A DNA stretch of 60,802 bases, counting the filler. It is 5 parts of 5 records of this genome, joined end to end, with 100 filler letters (N's around TTAATTAATTAA, not from the genome) between each part and the next. Parts side by side here need not be neighbours in the genome. Positions count along the whole stretch, not along the records: positions 55,482 to 60,802 come from DRR378314_536; 4 more parts are not named here. One strand, 5' to 3'. The notes under the pieces are model-generated. The model did no database searches and was not told where the DNA came from. It worked only from the letters and a program-made list of their open reading frames with translations. Positions within the stretch are counted from its first letter, which is position 1. Each line of letters starts with the position of its first letter. Positions 55,484 through 60,802 of the stretch are shown here, in pieces. The position numbers were made by a program, and so were the translations under genes.

Positions 55484-57424
55484 GATGTATTGCAAAGCAT
55501 TCAACTATTACCAGGTATTCAAAGTCCAAACGAAACGGCTTCAGGTTTATTCATTCGTGGAGGAACGCCCGATCAAAACTTAATTCTTTGGGATGGAATC
55601 AAAATGTATCATTCAGGGCACTTTTTCGGTTTAATCTCGGCATTTAATCCCTATGTAATAGAAGAAGTTTCAGTATTCAAAAGTGGAACATCAACTAGAT
55701 ATGGCGATCGTATTTCGGGTGTAATTGACATTCAAACAGATACCAAAGTTCCCGAAAAACTATCGGGTGGCTTCGGGTTTAATATGACACATGGAGATGC
55801 ATACCTTAAAATTCCAATTGCTAAAAACTTTGGTGTTACGGTTTCTGCACGTAGAGCGTTTACAGATGTATGGGAAACATTTACCTATAATAACTTTTCC
55901 GATCGTGTATTTCAAAACACAAAAATTATCAAAAGCTCTGAAATATTAGAAAATGTATTTTCCGAAACTGAAAATAAATTCTTCTTTACAGATTACACTA
56001 TAAAACTAATTGGAAAACTATCTGATAAAGACAAGATAATGCTTAGTAATTTGCGTACTAAAAACGAACTTGATTTTAGGTCTGAAGTAGATCTTTTTGA
56101 AGAAACTTCACGAGACAAACTAAGCATTCTTAATTCTGGTTATAGTGGATTTTGGGAACGACAATGGAATCCAAACTTTTCACATACGTTAGATATGTAT
56201 TATTCTCAATTTGATTTTGACTACTTAGGCACGTTTAGAGGCGATATTGTAGGTGCTACGGAGCAAGATCAAAAACGAAACAAAATCAAAGACATTGGTT
56301 TTTCATACCATACCAATTGGAAAATGAATGAAAAACGGAGTCTGCAATTTGGGTATCAATTCTCTTCTAACGATGTGTCTTTCGGTTTCTCTGGTTTCAG
56401 AGGAACAGAAGAAGGTGTTACTACATATAATACAGGAGAAGAAAGTATCAACAATTCTCATGCACTGTTTTCATCGTACAAATACAACGATAAAAATGAG
56501 CTAATTATCAATGCGGGTCTGCGCATGAACTATTTCAGTACAACAAACGATTTGCTCTTTGAACCGCGATTGTATGTGGAGAAGAAACTAAACAATGATT
56601 TTAGTGTTAACTTCTCGGGCGAATTAAAACACCAAGCAGTAAGCCAAATATTGGAATTCAACACAGCAAACTTCGGATTGGAAAATCAAGTATGGGCAGT
56701 TGCCAATGGTGAAGAGCTTCCTATATTAAAAAGCAGACAAATTTCGGCAGGAATATTATTCAATAAAAAAGGGTGGCGTGTCGATTTAGACGCATACTAT
56801 AAAAACATTACAGGATTAACATCATTCAATAGAAGTTTTGGAAACACAAGTGTTTTAGAAACCTTTACAGAAGGAAACAGTAATGTATATGGGATAGATG
56901 TTTTAATTGAAAAAAAAATCAACGATTACCAAACTTGGGTGAGTTATTCGTATACAGATAATAACTTTGAATTCTCTCGAATCAATAACGGATTAACTTT
57001 TCCAGGGAATTATGACATTCGCCATTACTTCCGTTGGGCGCATTCATACACCCTAAACAATTTTAAATTCTCTTTGGGATGGAATTACCGCACAGGAACG
57101 CCATACACGCCCGTAACGTCGCAAACGCAAGATAACGGAGACTTATTCGTCTTTATTGGAGATACGAACAGTACGCGCATCCCAGACTATCATCGTTTAG
57201 ACTTCTCGGGAACATATACTTTCGATTTTGACAAAAAGAATAAATGGAAAGGAAAAATTGGATTTTCTTTACTCAATATCTACAATCGTCAAAACTTGCT
57301 AGAACGCTATTATGAAATAAGACCGTTTTTAAATCAAGAAAACAATGTACAATTTCGACTAGAAACCGTTGATAAGTTTTCTTTAGGAATGACGCCTAAT
57401 CTTGTTTTTAGAGTAGATTTTTAG
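55484..57424 (+). CDS. TonB-dependent outer-membrane receptor (Bacteroidota type), 5'-truncated
   Basis: Plug motif DVLQSIQLLPGI...IRGGTPDQNLILWDG...HFFG..SAFNP; beta-barrel motifs EPRL and PDYHRLDFS; C-terminal Phe. Confidence 0.95.
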   Translation, partial: DVLQSIQLLPGIQSPNETASGLFIRGGTPDQNLILWDGIKMYHSGHFFGLISAFNPYVIEEVSVFKSGTSTRYGDRISGVIDIQTDTKVPEKLSGGFGFNMTHGDAYLKIPIAKNFGVTVSARRAFTDVWETFTYNNFSDRVFQNTKIIKSSEILENVFSETENKFFFTDYTIKLIGKLSDKDKIMLSNLRTKNELDFRSEVDLFEETSRDKLSILNSGYSGFWERQWNPNFSHTLDMYYSQFDFDYLGTFRGDIVGATEQDQKRNKIKDIGFSYHTNWKMNEKRSLQFGYQFSSNDVSFGFSGFRGTEEGVTTYNTGEESINNSHALFSSYKYNDKNELIINAGLRMNYFSTTNDLLFEPRLYVEKKLNNDFSVNFSGELKHQAVSQILEFNTANFGLENQVWAVANGEELPILKSRQISAGILFNKKGWRVDLDAYYKNITGLTSFNRSFGNTSVLETFTEGNSNVYGIDVLIEKKINDYQTWVSYSYTDNNFEFSRINNGLTFPGNYDIRHYFRWAHSYTLNNFKFSLGWNYRTGTPYTPVTSQTQDNGDLFVFIGDTNSTRIPDYHRLDFSGTYTFDFDKKNKWKGKIGFSLLNIYNRQNLLERYYEIRPFLNQENNVQFRLETVDKFSLGMTPNLVFRVDF

Positions 57425-57444
57425 AAACAACTTTCACAAAAAAT

Positions 57445-57470
57445 AAAGCGAGCCAAAACTCGCTTTTATA
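57445..57470. terminator. Bidirectional intrinsic terminator
   Basis: AAAGCGAG-ccaaaa-CTCGCTTT hairpin flanked by A and T runs, between convergent genes. Confidence 0.8.
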
Positions 57471-57479
57471 TACTTAAAT

Positions 57480-57665
57480 TTAGTTTTTCTCTTTTTTAGG
57501 TTCGTCCAAACAAATCGCATCAGGATCTGTTGGATCATCTGAACCTGCAAAATCACAAGAAACACATGTAATACTAATAGCTATTCCTCCGCCAATTTGA
57601 TGTGCGTCAAATGAGGAAATAGTTCGCTTATTTAATCGAATCTTTTTAAATGCTTGTTTTTTCAT
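57480..57665 (-). CDS. Small RiPP-precursor-like peptide (Bacteroidota double-glycine, class I lanthipeptide-type leader), 61 aa
   Basis: Leader MKKQAFKKIRLNKRTISSFDAHQIGGG; core IAISITCVSCDFAGSDDPTDPDAICLDEPKKEKN with three Cys and several Ser/Thr; followed by a terminator. Confidence 0.72.
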   Translation of the reverse strand: MKKQAFKKIRLNKRTISSFDAHQIGGGIAISITCVSCDFAGSDDPTDPDAICLDEPKKEKN

Positions 57666-57748
57666 AATGAATGTTTTAAAGTTTCAACTAAAAGTTCATC
57701 ATCACGAAAAACGTAACCCAAGAAAAAAGTTAAAAAAAGAAGAAAAAT

Positions 57749-58909
57749 TTACAGAGGAAGATCTTTTCTATGTAATAATCGTGTCAACTTAATAGATAAA
57801 TCAGTCAATACGATTTTAGAATTTCCGTTGCGTTCTATATGGTAAATAGCATCTTGCAACTCTTTAGAAATATCTAAAATATTATTTCCGTGTACAAAAG
57901 GCGCAAATTTCTCTAAAAAGAATCCTTTGGTATGTGGTTCAAAAAACACCAAATCGGTTGCGGTATAATTTTGAAGTAATGCTTGTCTAAAAAGATTCAG
58001 ACAAAAGCCTAAAAACTTCTTTTGTGTTTCACGACCCGTTTTGGCAACTTCTTCGCTCCAAGAAATTAAATCGCGAATTGCCGTTTTATTTCCTTTCGCT
58101 TTAAAAGCAGAACGAACCCAACTTACAAACCAAGTTTCAAACAGTAAATCTTCCGAATCTTGATGTACTAAATCGACAGCTTTATTATAATTTCCATTTG
58201 CTTGGTGTGCAATTTTTGTGGCTTCAGTTTCGGAAACATTCAAATTTTTAATCAATGATTCTTTAATGGCTTGTTCACCCAAAGGAGGAAAATGTAAAAC
58301 TTGACAACGCGAACGAATTGTATTGATAATTTGCTCCTCATCTTCAGCAATTAAAATAAATAGGGTTTGATTTGGCGGTTCTTCAATCAATTTCAACAAC
58401 TTATTGGCAGCAGCAGTATTCATACGTTCTGCCATCCAAATAATCATCACTTTATAACCGCCTTCATACGATTTCAGCGCAAGCGATTTTACCACATCTA
58501 ACGCTTCATCAACACCAATTTGTCCTTGCTTATTATCAATACCGAGCATTTTGTACCAATCAAACAAATTTCCATAAGGCTGCTCTTTGATAAACTGTCG
58601 CCATTCTTCCAAAAAGTGTTTGGAAACAGGATGACTTTTTACTTTATGATTTCCCGCTACAGGAAAGGCAAAATGCAAATCGGGATGCGAAAGGTTGCTC
58701 AATTTTAAATTACACGCTTCGTTTCCACCTGAATTTTCACCTTCCATATTTTTACACAACACATACTGCGCATAGGCAACTGCCATTGGAAGCGTACCGC
58801 AACCTTCTGGACCAACAAAAAGTTGGGCGTGCGGAATGCGTCCACGATCGGCACTTAGTGTCAAATGTTTTTTAATATGTGTGAGTCCTAAAATATCTTG
58901 GAAAAGCAT
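57749..58909 (-). CDS. holB: DNA polymerase III subunit delta-prime
   Basis: MLFQDILG...GRIPHAQLFVGPEGCG, HPDLHF, AANKLLKLIEEPP and TIRSRCQ. The true start is ATG 58909, not the ORF-track start at 58975. Confidence 0.95.
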   Translation of the reverse strand: MLFQDILGLTHIKKHLTLSADRGRIPHAQLFVGPEGCGTLPMAVAYAQYVLCKNMEGENSGGNEACNLKLSNLSHPDLHFAFPVAGNHKVKSHPVSKHFLEEWRQFIKEQPYGNLFDWYKMLGIDNKQGQIGVDEALDVVKSLALKSYEGGYKVMIIWMAERMNTAAANKLLKLIEEPPNQTLFILIAEDEEQIINTIRSRCQVLHFPPLGEQAIKESLIKNLNVSETEATKIAHQANGNYNKAVDLVHQDSEDLLFETWFVSWVRSAFKAKGNKTAIRDLISWSEEVAKTGRETQKKFLGFCLNLFRQALLQNYTATDLVFFEPHTKGFFLEKFAPFVHGNNILDISKELQDAIYHIERNGNSKIVLTDLSIKLTRLLHRKDLPL

Positions 58910-58913
58910 GTGG

Positions 58914-58921
58914 CAAATATA
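58914..58921 (-). promoter_or_regulatory. Bacteroidota sigmaA -7 element for holB
   Basis: TATATTTG (TAnnTTTG), ending 4 nt before the ATG. Confidence 0.7.
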
Positions 58922-59001
58922 GGAGTAACCTTTGAATTTTTTAGTAAAATCTAAAAAACTCAACACATCCAACAAAGAAATCTAAAATAAAGAAAGCTTT
59001 T

Positions 59002-59355
59002 TTAGTTTGTAAGCAGTTCTTTTTGGCGGATAGCTTCATCAATAGCAACAGTTACATATTTATGACTGTTAAAAAAAGATGCATTAGAAGTTAGTTTGAT
59101 GGTAGCAATGACACTTCCGTCTTTCTTTTTATCGATTGAAGTTACCGTAACTTTTTCACCTTTAATATTTTTATAACTAGCAACTCCTCCTTTTTTTATG
59201 ATGAAGTTTGTTTTCGGAAAATGAATATGCTTATAGTTGTTGTTAAGTGCTTTTCCAATAACATAAACATCTCCTACTTTAACATCGGAGTTTTGCGCAT
59301 AAATTACACTTGTAAAAAAACTAAAAATAACGGCTAAAAAAAGATACTTCTTCAT
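59002..59355 (-). CDS. Secreted hypothetical protein (Flavobacteriaceae), 117 aa
   Basis: Sec signal peptide MKKYLFLAVIFSFFTSVIYA-Q; TAATTTTG -7 element at 59367-59374 on the minus strand. Confidence 0.85.
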   Translation of the reverse strand: MKKYLFLAVIFSFFTSVIYAQNSDVKVGDVYVIGKALNNNYKHIHFPKTNFIIKKGGVASYKNIKGEKVTVTSIDKKKDGSVIATIKLTSNASFFNSHKYVTVAIDEAIRQKELLTN

Positions 59356-59501
59356 GAGATTAAATTCAAAATTAGAGATACTTCAAAATAATAAAAAATG
59401 ACGAAACAATAAATAAAACGCTGCATTTTTTTGATTTAGTAAAACAAACTAAAAACCCAATTACTTTCTAAAGGAATCGCCAATAATTACGACAAACTCA
59501 A

Positions 59502-59509
59502 TACCTTTG
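59502..59509 (+). promoter_or_regulatory. Bacteroidota -7 element for the DUF2652-pgk unit
   Basis: TACCTTTG, 31 nt upstream of ATG 59541. Confidence 0.65.
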
Positions 59510-59540
59510 TAATAACTCGATCAAAAACGAACCAAAACAC

Positions 59541-60608
59541 ATGGCGGACAAAGCGCTTCTTTTTATTCCTGATATCTCCGGATTTACTGAATTTGTACAA
59601 CATACAGCAATTCAGCACAGTCGTCATATTATTTCGGAACTCCTAGAATTATTGATAGATAATAACATCACAGGTTTGCAATTGGCAGAAATAGAAGGTG
59701 ATGCATTGTTTTTTTACAGAATAGGAGATGTGAATATCAATCAAATTCGTGAGCAAGTCAAAAGAATGTATGTGGCGTTTCATACCTATTTAAAGCGGTA
59801 TGAATACGAAAAAATTTGTCAATGCGGAGCTTGTTCTTCTGTGTATAACCTTTCTTTGAAATTTGTTGTTCACTATGGTGATATAGAATTTATTTCTGTA
59901 AAAGACACAAACAAACCGTATGGACCTAATGTAATTAAAGTACATCGATTGCTCAAAAACGACGTGCCAATTTCAGAATATGCTTTATTTACGCAACATG
60001 TAGATGCAGAAACGGTTCAAAATGCAGAAAATAAATTGCAAGCCAATTATGATTTTGGAGATATTAACTATGCTTACGAATCGCTCTCCGATTTTAAAAA
60101 TGAACTTCCAGAAATTCCGCCAATTCCAGACAATGTACCAAAACACAATTTGTACAGTGAAGAAGCAAGTATCAATATGCCAATTTTAGAACTCTACGAA
60201 ATCATTAGCAATTTTGACTATCGTTTATTGTGGGCAAAAGGAATTGACAAAGTCGAATACGAAAAAAACAGAATCAATCGAGTAGGAGATAAACACAAAT
60301 GTTTAATAGATAAAAAAGAAGTCACTCCGACAACAGTTACCAAAAAAGCTAAAAAAAATCAATTGGTGTATGGAGAATCGACAACAGAAGTTCCATTCAC
60401 CAAAAAATTGAATGTCTATTATGTCTTAACACCCGAAAATGATCAAAAAACACGACTACAAATCGAAGTATTTGCCGATTTTAAGCCCTTAGGTATCTTA
60501 CTAAAACGTTTGATGAAAAAAAACTTCAAAAAAGTCGTTCCCGAAAATATAAAAGAACTTATATTGCTTGCTGATTCAGGATTTAAAACAACAATAACCG
60601 AAAAATAA
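59541..60608 (+). CDS. DUF2652 (class III nucleotide-cyclase-like) domain fused to an SRPBCC/START-like domain
   Basis: [36 protein letters not shown] and [11 protein letters not shown]-terminal [24 protein letters not shown] is an SRPBCC-type pattern. Confidence 0.85.
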   Translation: MADKALLFIPDISGFTEFVQHTAIQHSRHIISELLELLIDNNITGLQLAEIEGDALFFYRIGDVNINQIREQVKRMYVAFHTYLKRYEYEKICQCGACSSVYNLSLKFVVHYGDIEFISVKDTNKPYGPNVIKVHRLLKNDVPISEYALFTQHVDAETVQNAENKLQANYDFGDINYAYESLSDFKNELPEIPPIPDNVPKHNLYSEEASINMPILELYEIISNFDYRLLWAKGIDKVEYEKNRINRVGDKHKCLIDKKEVTPTTVTKKAKKNQLVYGESTTEVPFTKKLNVYYVLTPENDQKTRLQIEVFADFKPLGILLKRLMKKNFKKVVPENIKELILLADSGFKTTITEK

Positions 60609-60615
60609 AATACTT

Positions 60616-60802
60616 GTGAAAACGCTAAACGATTATAACTTTAAAGACAAAAAAGCATTAATTCGCGTTGATTTTAATGTACCACTAAACGATCAATTTG
60701 AAGTAACCGATGATTCTCGTATCAAAGCTGCAAAGCCAACGATTATCAAAATACTAGAAGATGGCGGAAGTTGCGTACTTATGTCTCACTTAGGAAGACC
60801 AA
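60616..60802 (+). CDS. pgk: Phosphoglycerate kinase, 5' part (GTG start)
   Basis: [24 protein letters not shown]...[12 protein letters not shown]...VLMSHLGRP; not listed in the ORF track. Confidence 0.97.
   Translation, partial: MKTLNDYNFKDKKALIRVDFNVPLNDQFEVTDDSRIKAAKPTIIKILEDGGSCVLMSHLGRP

Noticed and set aside
59002..59355. Enzyme annotation (such as dihydroorotase) for the 117-aa protein
   Set aside because: It is too short, has a signal peptide and lacks amidohydrolase metal-binding motifs.
42656..60802. Bacterial-to-eukaryote horizontal transfer of flagellar and Bacteroidota genes
   Set aside because: The junctions are artificial spacers, and the bacterial parts keep operons, ribosome-binding sites, bacterial promoters and their own GC content, with no introns.
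1..60802. CRISPR arrays, tRNA/rRNA genes, transposases or integrases
   Set aside because: None recognised: no regularly spaced repeats or matching motifs were seen by eye.

Overview
This window is not one genomic locus. It is five contigs joined by four identical artificial 100-nt spacers (N44-TTAATTAATTAA-N44). Contigs 1-3 (1-20076, 20177-34954, 35055-42655) come from an intron-rich (GT-AG) microbial eukaryote. They encode RPL15, a divergent FAD monooxygenase, a Y-family polymerase (Pol iota-like core with a Pol eta-like tail), an intronless HCN/CNBD-type channel with an unusual SVGVWG filter, a TRIP12/UPL3-like HECT ligase, a coiled-coil protein, an IQ/zinc-ribbon protein, an HVA22/REEP protein, an SSX2IP/Msd1 homolog, a DENN-like protein and SWI5. 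Contig 4 (42756-55381) is a high-GC gammaproteobacterium, Alcanivorax-like by inference. It carries an enteric-style flgBCDEFGHIJ / flgAMN cluster, a degenerate EAL-HDOD protein, rimI and a rhombosortase, with a REP element at each end. Contig 5 (55482-60802) is a low-GC Flavobacteriaceae fragment with a TonB-dependent receptor, an orphan double-Gly RiPP-like precursor, holB, a DUF2652 cyclase-like/SRPBCC fusion and the start of pgk. All family calls come from motif recognition, no database search was run, and eukaryotic exon boundaries were read by eye.
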